64,000 nt of DNA. Source: Burkholderiales bacterium Ga0077543 (GTDB lineage Bacteria; Pseudomonadota; Gammaproteobacteria; Burkholderiales; Burkholderiaceae_C). Positions within the stretch are counted from its first letter, which is position 1; each line of letters begins with the position of its first letter. Made by a program: the position numbers and the translations under genes. The notes beneath the pieces were generated by a model. It was not told the origin of the DNA. It saw nothing but the letters and a program-made list of their open reading frames with translations, and did no database searches. The stretch is from positions 30,254 through 94,253 of the forward strand of contig LNET01000029.1 of the NCBI GenBank assembly GCA_001464055.1, in the 5' to 3' direction. Below are positions 52,773 through 62,738 of this stretch, piece by piece.

Positions 52773-53359
52773 GGCTGCAAGGGGTCGACCCCTGCGGCCC
52801 GCAGCATGCGCGCGGTGCGGATCAGCGGCAGGCCGACCAGGGCTGTCGGGTCGTCGCTGTCGATGGCCTCGAGCAGGGTGATGCCCAAGGCTTCGCAGCG
52901 CCCGCTGCCGGCGCAGTCATAGGGTTCGTCCAGGCGCAGGTAGCGTTCGATCTCGGCGTCGCCGAGCATGCGAAAGCGCACGCTCACGCTGGCCAGGTCT
53001 TCGGCCTGGAAGCCGGTTTGGGCGCAAACCACGGCGACGGCGGTGTGGAACAGGGCGCTGCGGCCGCGCAGCCGCTGCAGTTGTGCGGTGGCGCGTTCAT
53101 GGTTGCCGGGCTTGCCGATCGACTGGCCTTCGAGGTCGCAGACCTGGTCGGAGCCGATCACCACCGCGTCGGGGTGCTGCCGCGAGACGGCCTGGGCCTT
53201 GGCGAGGGCAAGGCGGCGGGCCAGGGCCACAGGGGCTTCGCCTGGCAGGGGCGATTCGTCGACTTCAGGGGCGACGACTTCGAATGGCAGGCGCAGGCGC
53301 GTCATCAGTTCGCGCCGATAGCGCGAGGTCGAGCCGAGAATGATGCGGGGTGCTGGCAT
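52769..53359 (-). CDS. maf: Maf-family nucleoside triphosphate pyrophosphatase
   Basis: IILGSTSRYRRELMTRL, VIGSDQV, DCAGSGRCEALGITLLEAI. Confidence 0.9.
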   Translation of the reverse strand: MPAPRIILGSTSRYRRELMTRLRLPFEVVAPEVDESPLPGEAPVALARRLALAKAQAVSRQHPDAVVIGSDQVCDLEGQSIGKPGNHERATAQLQRLRGRSALFHTAVAVVCAQTGFQAEDLASVSVRFRMLGDAEIERYLRLDEPYDCAGSGRCEALGITLLEAIDSDDPTALVGLPLIRTARMLRAAGVDPLQP

Positions 53360-53415
53360 GGTGGGGATTGTCGCGGCAATGCCGGCTGCGGATGGCCGCT
53401 TACACTGGCGCAGCT

Positions 53416-53982
53416 ATGACTGGCCGCTCACCCGACAAGACCCAGGACAAGGCCCCCGACCTGCGCCGCATCGATCTGCGCACACTCGCGCGCCAGGGCG
53501 GCACGCTGGCCGGCGCCTTGCTGGCACAGGCGCTGCCAAGGCTTGCGCAGAGTGTCGAGTCGATCGAGCCAGCGCGGTGGTCGGCGAAAGGCGAACTGCG
53601 CCCCGTGAAGGGGGCCGAGCCGCAGGTCTGGCTGCACCTGCAGGCCGACGCTGCGGTCAGGCTGGTCTGCCAGCGCTGCCTGCAGACTCTGGAACATCCC
53701 CTGCGCTGCGAGCGCAGTTTCCTGTTCCTGGCCGACGAGTCCGAGGTCGAGCGGCTGGACGAGGAACTGGAAGACGATGTGCTGCTGCTCCCGCGGTTCT
53801 TCGACCTGCTGGAATTGGTCGAGGACGAACTCATCCTGGCCCTGCCCATCGTGCCCAGGCACGACGACTGCCCGCAACCGCTGCCCTTGTTCCTGGACCT
53901 GGAGGTGGCCGATGCGGGCGAAGAGACCCCGCATCCCTTTGCCGCCCTGGCAGCGCTGAAGAAGACGCCGCGACCGAACTGA
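53416..53982 (+). CDS. yceD: YceD/DUF177 family protein (large-subunit ribosomal accumulation protein)
   Basis: CQRCLQTLEHPL..., an acidic C-terminal half, and the conserved position upstream of rpmF-plsX. Start ATG 53416. Confidence 0.85.
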   Translation: MTGRSPDKTQDKAPDLRRIDLRTLARQGGTLAGALLAQALPRLAQSVESIEPARWSAKGELRPVKGAEPQVWLHLQADAAVRLVCQRCLQTLEHPLRCERSFLFLADESEVERLDEELEDDVLLLPRFFDLLELVEDELILALPIVPRHDDCPQPLPLFLDLEVADAGEETPHPFAALAALKKTPRPN

Positions 53983-54205
53983 ACACGCTTCGTTCGGCAC
54001 CCGGTGCTATACTCGCGGGCTTTGCGAATCGGGCTGCTGGCGCCGAATGCCGTTCGAAGACGGGTCGGGTAGTGTCGGGGGTTGCAAACAGAGTCTGGTT
54101 TTTTGATGATCAGACCTTGCACCCCGGCCTTCAGCTGAGTCAGCCTGCCGCGCAGCGTGCGTTTTGCACCGTTCGTGGCCCGCGCCCCGTCCCCAGGAGA
54201 TATTC

Positions 54206-54388
54206 ATGGCCGTTCAGCAGAACAAGAAGTCGCCCTCGAAGCGCGGCATGCACCGCTCGCACAATGCCGTGGCGGCGCCCGGCACTGGCATCGAGCCGAC
54301 CACGGGCGAGGTGCATCTGCGCCACCACATCAGCCCCACCGGCTTTTACCGTGGCCGCAAGGTCCTGAAGACCAAGGCCGACGCCTGA
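54206..54388 (+). CDS. rpmF: 50S ribosomal protein L32
   Basis: [19 protein letters not shown]... with SD AGGAGA 8 nt upstream. Confidence 0.95.
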   Translation: MAVQQNKKSPSKRGMHRSHNAVAAPGTGIEPTTGEVHLRHHISPTGFYRGRKVLKTKADA

Positions 54389-54458
54389 CCATGGCCGGGC
54401 GCCGGCGGTCGGCCAGGCCGCCCTGCCGGTCGGCCACGCACCGCGTCCACCGCGTCCT

Positions 54459-55580
54459 GTGAGTCTGCCCGCCGTCTTGAACGCCCTTGCCGAACCGGCG
54501 CCCCTGCATCAGGTGCGCATCGCCGTCGACTGCATGGGCGGTGACCATGGACCGAGCGTGACCTTGCCGGCATGCCAGGCCTTCCTGGCCAGCCACCCCA
54601 CTGCCGAGCTGGTGCTCGTTGGCACCGAACAGGCACTCGCTCCAGCACGAACCTGGGCGCGCTGCCAGCTCAGGTTCGCCAGCGAGGTCGTCACCATGGA
54701 CGACACGGTGGAGGTGGCTTTGCGAAAGAAGCGTGATTCGTCGATGCGCGTCGCCCTCGGCCTCCTGAAGGCAGGCTCCGACGAGGTGCAGGCATCGGCC
54801 CACGCCTGCGTTTCAGCCGGAAACACCGGCGCCCTGATGGCCGTGGCTCGCTACGTCCTGAAGACCCTGGACGGCATCGACCGGCCGGCCATCGCCACAG
54901 TATTGCCCCACCGTCAGGGCGGCTACACCACCGTGCTCGACCTTGGCGCCAACGTCGACTGCACGCCTGAACATCTGCTTCAGTTCGGCATGATGGGCAG
55001 TGCGCTGGTTGCTGCCGTCGATGGCAAGGCCCAGCCCAGCGTCGGCCTGCTCAACATCGGCGAAGAAGCCATGAAAGGCAGCGAAACCATCAAGCGCGCG
55101 GGCGAGCTGCTGCGTGCTGCTGGCGACGCCGGGCACATCAACTTCCATGGCAACGTCGAAGGCAACGACATCTTCAAGGGCACGGTCGACATCGTCGTCT
55201 GCGATGGCTTTGTCGGCAACGTGCTGCTCAAGACCAGCGAAGGGCTGGCCTCGATGCTGGGCGACTTCATCAAGCAGGAATTCACCCGCGGCCCCTACAG
55301 TTTGCTGGCCGCGCTGGTGGCACGCCCGGTGCTGCAGCGGTTCAAGGCACGCGTCGATCCTCGGCGCTACAACGGCGCGGCCTTGCTGGGCCTGCGTGGA
55401 CTGGTCTTCAAGAGCCATGGCAGTGCCGATGCTTTCGCCTTCGAACAGGCGCTGGGCCGCGCTTATGATGCGGCGCGAAACCGGCTGCTCGACCGCGTCC
55501 TCGACCGCATCGGCCACACCCTTCCGGCGCAGTTGCTGGCCGTTCCGCTGGCTGGCCAGGCCCAGGAGAAAGCGGCATGA
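54459..55580 (+). CDS. plsX: phosphate acyltransferase PlsX
   Basis: [24 protein letters not shown], and the conserved position. Confidence 0.95.
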   Translation: MSLPAVLNALAEPAPLHQVRIAVDCMGGDHGPSVTLPACQAFLASHPTAELVLVGTEQALAPARTWARCQLRFASEVVTMDDTVEVALRKKRDSSMRVALGLLKAGSDEVQASAHACVSAGNTGALMAVARYVLKTLDGIDRPAIATVLPHRQGGYTTVLDLGANVDCTPEHLLQFGMMGSALVAAVDGKAQPSVGLLNIGEEAMKGSETIKRAGELLRAAGDAGHINFHGNVEGNDIFKGTVDIVVCDGFVGNVLLKTSEGLASMLGDFIKQEFTRGPYSLLAALVARPVLQRFKARVDPRRYNGAALLGLRGLVFKSHGSADAFAFEQALGRAYDAARNRLLDRVLDRIGHTLPAQLLAVPLAGQAQEKAA

Positions 55581-56581
55581 ATTCGACGTCTTCCAGCAGC
55601 GGACAGCAAGCGTTCTCGCGCATCACCGGCACGGGGGGCTGCCTGCCGCCGCGGCGTCTGTCGAATGCCGACATGGTTCAGATGCTCGCCGCCCGCGGCA
55701 TCGAAAGCAGCGACGACTGGATCGTCGAACGCACCGGCATCCGCTATCGCCACTTTGCCGATGAAGGGGTGTACTGCAGCGATCTTGCCGCCACCGCTTG
55801 CCGGCATGCGCTGGAAGCTGCCGGTGTGAAGGCAGGCGCGGTCGATCTCATCATCGTTGCCACGTCCACACCGGACATGGTGTTCCCGTCCACGGCCTGC
55901 ATCCTTCAGCACAAGCTGGGCATCGCCGGCTGCGCGGCGTTCGACGTTCAGGCAGTGTGTGCCGGCTTCGTGTACGCGCTCACCGTGGCCGACGCGATGA
56001 TCCGCGCCGGCAGTGCGCGTTGCGCGCTGGTGGTGGGCTCGGAGATCTTTTCCCGCATCCTCGACTTCGACGACAGAACCACCTGCGTGCTGTTCGGCGA
56101 CGGTGCCGGCGCGGTGGTCTTGCAGGCCAGCGCCACGCCCGGCATCCTGGCCAGCGACCTGCATGCCGACGGTCGCCACACCGGCATCCTGTGTGTGCCG
56201 GGCAGCGTGGCCGGTGGCCATGTCACCGGCAGCCCGCTGCTCACGATGGACGGACCCGCAGTCTTCAAGCTGGCCGTGGGCGTGCTGGAAGCCGCAGCCC
56301 GGGCCGTGCTCGAAAAATCCGGCCGTACCGAGGCCGATGTCGACTGGCTGGTGCCCCACCAGGCCAACATCCGAATCATGCAGGGCACGGCCAGGAAACT
56401 GAAGCTGCCGCTGGACAAGCTGGTGTGCACGGTCGACGCCCATGGCAACACATCGGCAGCGTCGGTGCCGCTGGCGCTGGATGTCGCTGTCAGGCAGGGC
56501 CGGATCCAGCCTGGCGATACCGTCATGCTCGAAGGCGTGGGCGGCGGCTTCACCTGGGGCGCGGTGCTGCTCGACTACTGA
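55577..56581 (+). CDS. fabH: 3-oxoacyl-ACP synthase III
   Basis: [10 protein letters not shown] (active-site Cys), [19 protein letters not shown]. Confidence 0.95.
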   Translation: MNSTSSSSGQQAFSRITGTGGCLPPRRLSNADMVQMLAARGIESSDDWIVERTGIRYRHFADEGVYCSDLAATACRHALEAAGVKAGAVDLIIVATSTPDMVFPSTACILQHKLGIAGCAAFDVQAVCAGFVYALTVADAMIRAGSARCALVVGSEIFSRILDFDDRTTCVLFGDGAGAVVLQASATPGILASDLHADGRHTGILCVPGSVAGGHVTGSPLLTMDGPAVFKLAVGVLEAAARAVLEKSGRTEADVDWLVPHQANIRIMQGTARKLKLPLDKLVCTVDAHGNTSAASVPLALDVAVRQGRIQPGDTVMLEGVGGGFTWGAVLLDY

Positions 56582-56633
56582 GACCGTGCGGCCTTTCCGG
56601 CCGGCGTTCGTTCAAACGACCCATCCTCATTCC

Positions 56634-57572
56634 ATGTTCCCGTTCGCTTTTGTGTTCCCAGGCCAAGGCTCGCAATCCGTTGGCATGCTTGACGCCTGGG
56701 GTGACCACCCGGCCGTGCTGCAGACCTTGCAGGAAGCCTCTGACGCGCTGGGCGAGGATGTCGGCCGCCTGATCCATGAAGGTCCCGACGAAGCGCTGGA
56801 ACTCACCACCAACACCCAGCCGGTGATGCTGACCGCAGCGATTGCCTGCTACCGCGCCTGGCTTGCCGAGGGCGGGGCCGTGCCTGCCGCCGTGGCCGGG
56901 CATTCGCTGGGCGAGTACAGCGCACTGGTGGCCGCGGGCGCGTTGAGCCTGGCCGACGCGCTGCCACTGGTGCGTCTGCGTGCGCAGGCCATGCAGCAGG
57001 CCGTGCCGGTGGGCATGGGTGCGATGGCAGCGATCCTGGGGCTGGATGCCGAATTCGTGCGCGACACCTGCGACGAGCTGGCGGCCAGCAGCGGCGAGGT
57101 GGTGGAGGCGGCCAACTACAACGACCCGAAGCAGACCGTCATCGCCGGCAGCAAGACCGGCGTCGATGCCGCCTGCGAGGTCCTGAAGGCCGCTGGCGCC
57201 AAGCGGGCGCTGCTGCTGCCTGTGTCGGCGCCTTTCCATTCGTCGTTGATGAAGCCGGCCGCCGACGCCTTGCGCGCCCGCCTCCTGGAAGTGGTGATCG
57301 CCATGCCGGATATCCCGGTAGTCAACAACATCGATGTCGCCGTACAGTCGGCCCCGGATGCCATACGCGATGCACTCTACCGTCAGGCTTTCGGGCCTGT
57401 CCGCTGGGTCGAAGTGGTGCTGGCACTGCGGGCACGAGGGCTGGTCCACATCTTCGAATGTGGCCCGGGCAAGGTGCTGGCCGGCCTGGTCAAGCGCGTC
57501 GACGCCGACGCCATCAGCACCACCGTGCTCGACCCGGCAAGTTTGAAACAGGCACAGGAGATGCTGGCATGA
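56634..57572 (+). CDS. fabD: malonyl-CoA:ACP transacylase
   Basis: FVFPGQGSQSVGM and GHSLGEYSAL. Start ATG 56634. Confidence 0.95.
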   Translation: MFPFAFVFPGQGSQSVGMLDAWGDHPAVLQTLQEASDALGEDVGRLIHEGPDEALELTTNTQPVMLTAAIACYRAWLAEGGAVPAAVAGHSLGEYSALVAAGALSLADALPLVRLRAQAMQQAVPVGMGAMAAILGLDAEFVRDTCDELAASSGEVVEAANYNDPKQTVIAGSKTGVDAACEVLKAAGAKRALLLPVSAPFHSSLMKPAADALRARLLEVVIAMPDIPVVNNIDVAVQSAPDAIRDALYRQAFGPVRWVEVVLALRARGLVHIFECGPGKVLAGLVKRVDADAISTTVLDPASLKQAQEMLA

Positions 57573-58312
57573 CGGTACCGAATGCCCGCCACGTGGCCCT
57601 GGTCACGGGGGCATCACGTGGCATCGGTCGAGCCATTGCGTTGTCGCTTGCACAGACTGGCATGATCGTCGTCGGTTCGGCCACCACCGAGGCCGGCGCC
57701 GGCGGCATCGGCGAAGCGCTGGGGCCGACGGGCGGGCGCGGAATCGTCTTGAACGTCACCGACGGCCCTGCGCTGCAGGCTGCCGTCGACGGCATCGTTG
57801 CCGAATACGGGGCCCTGCACGTGCTGGTGAACAATGCCGGCATCACCCGCGACACCCTGGCCATGCGCATGAAGGACGATGACTGGGACGCCGTGCTCGA
57901 CACCAATCTGAAGGCCGTGTTCCGCGCCTGTCGCGCAGTGATGCGGCCGATGATGAAGCAGCGCTATGGGCGCATCGTCAACATCACCTCGGTCGTTGGC
58001 GCCAGCGGCAATGCCGGGCAGGCCAACTACGCGGCGGCCAAGGCCGGCGTGGCCGGCATGACGCGTGCGCTGGCCCGGGAACTGGGCAGCCGCGGCGTCA
58101 CCGTCAACTGTGTCGCGCCCGGCTTCATTGCCACCGACATGACCGACGGCCTCCCCGAGGCCGCGCGTACCGCGCTGCTGGCCAGCATTCCGCTGGGCCG
58201 GCTTGGCACGCCCGAAGAAGTGGCGCAAGCGGTGGCCTTCCTGGCCAGCCCGCAAGCCGGTTACGTCACCGGCACCGAACTGCATGTCAACGGCGGCATG
58301 TTCATGGCTTGA
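57569..58312 (+). CDS. fabG: 3-oxoacyl-ACP reductase
   Basis: ALVTGASRGIGRAIA and YAAAKAG (SDR family). ATGA overlap with fabD. Confidence 0.95.
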   Translation: MTVPNARHVALVTGASRGIGRAIALSLAQTGMIVVGSATTEAGAGGIGEALGPTGGRGIVLNVTDGPALQAAVDGIVAEYGALHVLVNNAGITRDTLAMRMKDDDWDAVLDTNLKAVFRACRAVMRPMMKQRYGRIVNITSVVGASGNAGQANYAAAKAGVAGMTRALARELGSRGVTVNCVAPGFIATDMTDGLPEAARTALLASIPLGRLGTPEEVAQAVAFLASPQAGYVTGTELHVNGGMFMA

Positions 58313-58402
58313 ATGCAAGCCGTCGTAGAACCCTAGAAGGCCGGTTCCTAGCCCCCCGGTAGAATCGTGGGCTGTTTTGTTGACCCCACTCCAGGAGGAG
58401 TC

Positions 58403-58642
58403 ATGAGCGATATTGAAGCGCGTGTGAAGAAGATCATTGCCGAGCAACTCGGCGTGCCCGAGTCCGACGTCACCAACGAGAAGGCCTTCGTGGCCGACCT
58501 CGGTGCCGATTCGTTGGATACCGTCGAACTGGTGATGGCGCTGGAGGACGAATTCAGCATCGAAATCCCCGACGAAGAGGCCGAGAAGATCACCACCGTG
58601 CAGCTGGCGATCGACTACGCGGTCAGCCATCAAAAGGCCTAA
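58403..58642 (+). CDS. acpP: acyl carrier protein
   Basis: [16 protein letters not shown] (phosphopantetheine Ser). SD GGAGGAG upstream. Confidence 0.97.
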   Translation: MSDIEARVKKIIAEQLGVPESDVTNEKAFVADLGADSLDTVELVMALEDEFSIEIPDEEAEKITTVQLAIDYAVSHQKA

Positions 58643-58651
58643 GGCCCGCTG

Positions 58652-59896
58652 ATGACCAGACGCAGGGTCGTCGTCACGGGGTTGGGCCTCGTCAGCCCCG
58701 TGGGCAACACGGTGGCCGACGGCTGGGCCAGCCTGGTGGCCGGCCGTTCGGGCATCGGCAACATCACCAAGTTCGATGCCGCGGCTTTTGCCTGCCGGTT
58801 CGCGGGCGAAGTGAAAGGCTTCCAGGTCGAAGACTACATGCCGGCCAAGGAAGCCCGGCACATGGACACCTTCATCCATTACGGCATGGCCGCTGCTGTC
58901 CAGGCCGTTCGGGACGCGGGGCTGCCGCATGGCGATGCGCTGACCGAAGCCACGGCCGAGCGCATCGGCTGCATGGTGGGCTCGGGCATCGGCGGTCTGC
59001 CGATGATCGAGCAGACCCAGCAGGACTACGCCGAGCGCGGCCCGCGGCGCATATCGCCTTTTTTCGTTCCGGCATCGATCATCAACATGATCTCCGGCCA
59101 CATCTCCATTCGCTACGGCTACACCGGCCCGAACATGGCGATCGTGACGGCCTGCACGACAGGCCTGCACTGCATTGGCGAAGCCGGCCGCTTGATCGAG
59201 TACGGCGACGCCGACGTGATGATCGCCGGCGGCGCCGAATCAACTGTGTCTCCGCTGGGCATTGGCGGCTTCGCGGCCGCACGTGCCCTGTCGACCCGGA
59301 ACGACGACCCGCTGACGGCGTCGCGCCCCTGGGACAAGGACCGCGATGGCTTCGTCCTGGGTGAAGGCGCCGGCGTCCTGGTGCTCGAGGAATACGAACA
59401 CGCACGCAAGCGCGGCGCGAACATCTACGCCGAACTGGCTGGTTTCGGCATGGGTGCCGACGCCTTCCACATGACGGCGCCGAACGTCGATGGGCCCAAA
59501 CGCAGCATGCTGGCAGCGCTGCGCAATGCCGGGATCAACACCTCCGAGGTGCAGTACCTCAACGCCCACGGCACCAGCACGCCGCTGGGCGACCTGAACG
59601 AGACGAACGCCATCAAGCTGGCTTTCGGTGACCATGCCCGCAGGATGGTGGTCAACTCGACCAAGTCGATGACCGGCCACCTGCTTGGCGGTGCTGGCGG
59701 CATCGAATCGGTGTTCAGCGTCCTGGCCGTGCACCACCAGGTGTCTCCACCCACCATCAACATCTTCAACCAGGACCCCGAGTGCGACCTGGACTACTGT
59801 GCCAACGAGGCGCGGGACCTGAAGATCGACGTGGCAGTGAAGAACAACTTCGGTTTCGGCGGCACCAACGGCACGCTGGTGTTTCGGCGCGTCTGA
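58652..59896 (+). CDS. fabF: 3-oxoacyl-ACP synthase II
   Basis: ACTTGLHCIG (Cys), NAHGTSTPLGD, KSMTGHLLGGAG. Confidence 0.95.
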   Translation: MTRRRVVVTGLGLVSPVGNTVADGWASLVAGRSGIGNITKFDAAAFACRFAGEVKGFQVEDYMPAKEARHMDTFIHYGMAAAVQAVRDAGLPHGDALTEATAERIGCMVGSGIGGLPMIEQTQQDYAERGPRRISPFFVPASIINMISGHISIRYGYTGPNMAIVTACTTGLHCIGEAGRLIEYGDADVMIAGGAESTVSPLGIGGFAAARALSTRNDDPLTASRPWDKDRDGFVLGEGAGVLVLEEYEHARKRGANIYAELAGFGMGADAFHMTAPNVDGPKRSMLAALRNAGINTSEVQYLNAHGTSTPLGDLNETNAIKLAFGDHARRMVVNSTKSMTGHLLGGAGGIESVFSVLAVHHQVSPPTINIFNQDPECDLDYCANEARDLKIDVAVKNNFGFGGTNGTLVFRRV

Positions 59897-59902
59897 CGGG
59901 CC

Positions 59903-60346
59903 GTGCGCCACGCGCCGCCTGTCAGCGTGCTGTGCCATGGCCGGTTCTGGCGCCTGGTCCAGGCCGCGGTGTACTGCCTGACGGCCGCCATCCTGGCGGC
60001 CTGGCTGGCATCGCATCTGGCTGAAACGCCGGTCGGCCGCGTCGGGATCCTGCTCTCGGCCGTCCTGGCCGGCGGGGCCTGTCTTTTTCTGGCGCTGCGG
60101 CTGATCCGCCCGACCCCGGTCGAACTGAGCTGGGACGGGCGGCAATGGCTGCTGGACGCCAGGCCGCTGGAACCTGAGCTGATGCTTCAGTCCCGGCGGT
60201 TCTTGCTGTTGCGGCTGCGAGGCCAGGCCGCGCGCAGCACCTGGCTGGGCGTGGAGCGCGGCGAAGCCGCTGTCGCGTGGCACGGCTTGCTGGTGGCCCT
60301 GCGCGCGCGGTCCACGCCCCCTGTTGCAGAAGGGCTGGTGGGCTGA
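59903..60346 (+). CDS. small hypothetical inner-membrane protein (two predicted TM helices)
   Basis: GTG start 7 nt after the fabF stop. LVQAAVYCLTAAILAAWLA and VGILLSAVLAGGACLFLAL. Its stop overlaps the rpoE ATG by 1 nt. Confidence 0.5.
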   Translation: MRHAPPVSVLCHGRFWRLVQAAVYCLTAAILAAWLASHLAETPVGRVGILLSAVLAGGACLFLALRLIRPTPVELSWDGRQWLLDARPLEPELMLQSRRFLLLRLRGQAARSTWLGVERGEAAVAWHGLLVALRARSTPPVAEGLVG

Positions 60347-60960
60347 TGCCGATGACCCAACCCGATGCGGACGCAGAACTGGTGGAACGGGCCAAGCGTG
60401 GCGAGGTGCGTGCTTTCGAGATGCTGGTCGTGAAGTACCAGCGCCGCATCGAGCGTCTGATCGGCCGGATGGTGCGCGACACCGACCTCGTTCAGGACAT
60501 CGCGCAGGAGACCTTCATCCGTGCCTACCGGGCGCTGCCACAATTTCGTGGAGAAAGTGCGTTTTACACCTGGCTTTACCGGATTGCCGTGAACTCGGCG
60601 AAGAAGGCGCTGTCCGACTTCAAGCGTGACCCGCTGGTTCTGGAAGGCAATCGTGCGGGGCAGGAAGAAGGCGAGGAAACTTCCCGCGCCGAGAACGAAC
60701 TAACCGACGGAGAGACGCCCGAAGCCCTGCTGGCCAGCAAGGAGATTGCAGCCGCGGTGAACTCCGCGATCGATGCGCTGTCCGAAGATCTGCGACAGGC
60801 GATCACGCTGCGCGAGATCGAGGGGCTGAGTTACGAAGAAATTTCCGAAGTCATGAATTGCCCCATAGGTACCGTGCGGTCGCGCATATTCCGCGCCCGC
60901 GAGGCCATCGCAACGAAGCTACGTCCCTTGCTCGACACTCGTGACGGTGAGCGTTGGTAG
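60346..60960 (+). CDS. rpoE: ECF RNA polymerase sigma factor (sigma-E/AlgU type)
   Basis: LVERAKRGEVRAFEMLVVKYQRRI, FYTWLYRIAVNSAKK, EGLSYEEISEVMNCPIGTVRSRIFRAREAI. Confidence 0.9.
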   Translation: MPMTQPDADAELVERAKRGEVRAFEMLVVKYQRRIERLIGRMVRDTDLVQDIAQETFIRAYRALPQFRGESAFYTWLYRIAVNSAKKALSDFKRDPLVLEGNRAGQEEGEETSRAENELTDGETPEALLASKEIAAAVNSAIDALSEDLRQAITLREIEGLSYEEISEVMNCPIGTVRSRIFRAREAIATKLRPLLDTRDGERW

Positions 60961-61023
60961 CCTCCAGCAACCGCCGACCGACCTGAACCCCGATTTCACC
61001 CCGCCCCCAACAGGCAGTCCAAG

Positions 61024-61662
61024 ATGACACCGCACAACCCCGCCCCCGGCCAGCCCGCAGCGCACAACGACGACAGCCTGCGAACATGCCTGTCCGGGCT
61101 GGCCGACGGCGAAGCCGATGGCGATGCCAGCAATGCGGCCTGCAAGGCGTGGCGAGAACGTGCCGACATGCGCCAGACCTGGCATGCCTACCACCTCATC
61201 GGCGACGTGCTGCGGTCTGAAGAACTGGCTCGGCCCGCCAGCCACGACAGCGACTTCCTGGCCCGGCTGCGCTTGAAACTGGCCGACGAGCCGGTCGTTA
61301 TGGCGCCGATGCCCGAAGCCACCGTCGCCGCCACAGCCGCAGCGCCGCGGCAGCGGCGGCTGCCCTGGCTTTATTCCGCGGCGGCAGCGGCTGGCTTTGT
61401 TGCCGTGGCGGGCGTCCTGGTCGTCACGCGTTTCAGCGCTTCCGACGCGGCCAGCCCAGGCGGCCTGCAAGCTGTTGCCCCGGCGGCGCCGGTGCCGGCT
61501 GCAGCGGTGAATTTCAACGCGGGCGCCGCCATGATCCGTGACGCGCAACTGGACGCCTATCTCAACGCCCATCACGCGGCGCGCGGCAGCGGCGCGATGG
61601 CCGTCCCCGGAACCGGCTTGCGCAATGCCGACGTCGTGATGCCCGCAGGCGCCGGGCGGTGA
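61024..61662 (+). CDS. rseA: anti-sigma-E factor (RseA/MucA-like)
   Basis: N-terminal LSGLADGEADG...WHAYHLIGDVLR pattern, a central TM LYSAAAAAGFVAVAGVLVV, and its position after rpoE. Confidence 0.75.
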   Translation: MTPHNPAPGQPAAHNDDSLRTCLSGLADGEADGDASNAACKAWRERADMRQTWHAYHLIGDVLRSEELARPASHDSDFLARLRLKLADEPVVMAPMPEATVAATAAAPRQRRLPWLYSAAAAAGFVAVAGVLVVTRFSASDAASPGGLQAVAPAAPVPAAAVNFNAGAAMIRDAQLDAYLNAHHAARGSGAMAVPGTGLRNADVVMPAGAGR

Positions 61663-62702
61663 CGCCCATGGGTCGTGTTTTCATGCAGCGCTGCCTGCCA
61701 GCGCTGACACTGGTCTGCGCTTTCCTGCCTTCCCTGGCCTGTTCCCAGGTCGGTGCCTCGCCGTCACCGGATGATCCTCGGGCCTGGCTGCAGCGCATCC
61801 ATGCCGCGGCCAACAGCGGGAACTACCGCGGCACCCTGGTCTTCAGCGCTGGTGGCTCGATGTCGAGCTCTCGGGTCTGGCACTACTGCGTGGGTGACCA
61901 GACCTGGGAGAAGCTCGAATCGCTCGACGGCCGCCAGCGTCAGGTGATCCGCCACAACGATGACGTGCACACCTTGTGGCCACAGTCGCGGGTGGCCGTG
62001 ATCGAGAAGCGCGACGTGCTTCCAGGCTGGCAGGTGACACCGCAGCGGGTCGATCCGCGGGTGTTGGAGCAGTACCAGTTGCAACGCGAAGGCGAATCCC
62101 GGGTGGCCGGGCGTGAGGCCGACGTGCTGCTGCTCGAGCCCCAGGATGCGCTGCGCTATGCCCAGCGCCTGTGGGTCGACCGCCGTTCAGGACTGATGCT
62201 GCGAGCCGAGGTTCTGACCCCCCTGCCGAACCGCGTGGTGCTGGAGTCGTCGGCGTTCTCGGAAGTCGAGATTGGCGTCAAGCCGCAACCCAAGGTGCTG
62301 ATGCAGGCTGCGCAGCGCACCGAAGGCTTTCGCGTGCTGCGCCCCAGGCAGCAGCGCGTGACCCTGCAGGAAGAGGGCTGGAGCGAGGCACGGCCTGTGC
62401 CTGGATTCAAGCTCTCGGGTTGCGTCAGGCGCGAGCTCGACAGCAGCCGGGCGGGCAGCGAATTGGCAGGCGGTACTGACGCCGACAAGGTGTTGCAGGC
62501 GGTCTTTTCCGACGGTCTGGCCCATGTCTCCCTGTTCATCGAGCCCTATGACGCCAGCCGCCACAAGCGTGAAATGCAGGCCCAGCTGGGTGCCACGAGC
62601 ACGGTGACCCTGCGTCGCGACGGTCACTGGTTCACGGCCGTGGGCGACACGCCCTTGGCCACCCTGCGGCTGATTGCCGAGTCCCTGGACCGGCGCCGCT
62701 GA
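61659..62702 (+). CDS. rseB: sigma-E regulatory protein RseB/MucB
   Basis: Signal peptide, then WLQRIHAAANSGNYRGTLVFSAGGSMSSSRVWH. GTGA overlap with rseA (alternative start ATG 61668). Confidence 0.85.
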   Translation: MTPMGRVFMQRCLPALTLVCAFLPSLACSQVGASPSPDDPRAWLQRIHAAANSGNYRGTLVFSAGGSMSSSRVWHYCVGDQTWEKLESLDGRQRQVIRHNDDVHTLWPQSRVAVIEKRDVLPGWQVTPQRVDPRVLEQYQLQREGESRVAGREADVLLLEPQDALRYAQRLWVDRRSGLMLRAEVLTPLPNRVVLESSAFSEVEIGVKPQPKVLMQAAQRTEGFRVLRPRQQRVTLQEEGWSEARPVPGFKLSGCVRRELDSSRAGSELAGGTDADKVLQAVFSDGLAHVSLFIEPYDASRHKREMQAQLGATSTVTLRRDGHWFTAVGDTPLATLRLIAESLDRRR

Positions 62703-62738
62703 ATTGCATCGACCTTCTCTTTGTTTCTTCGAGGCCCC

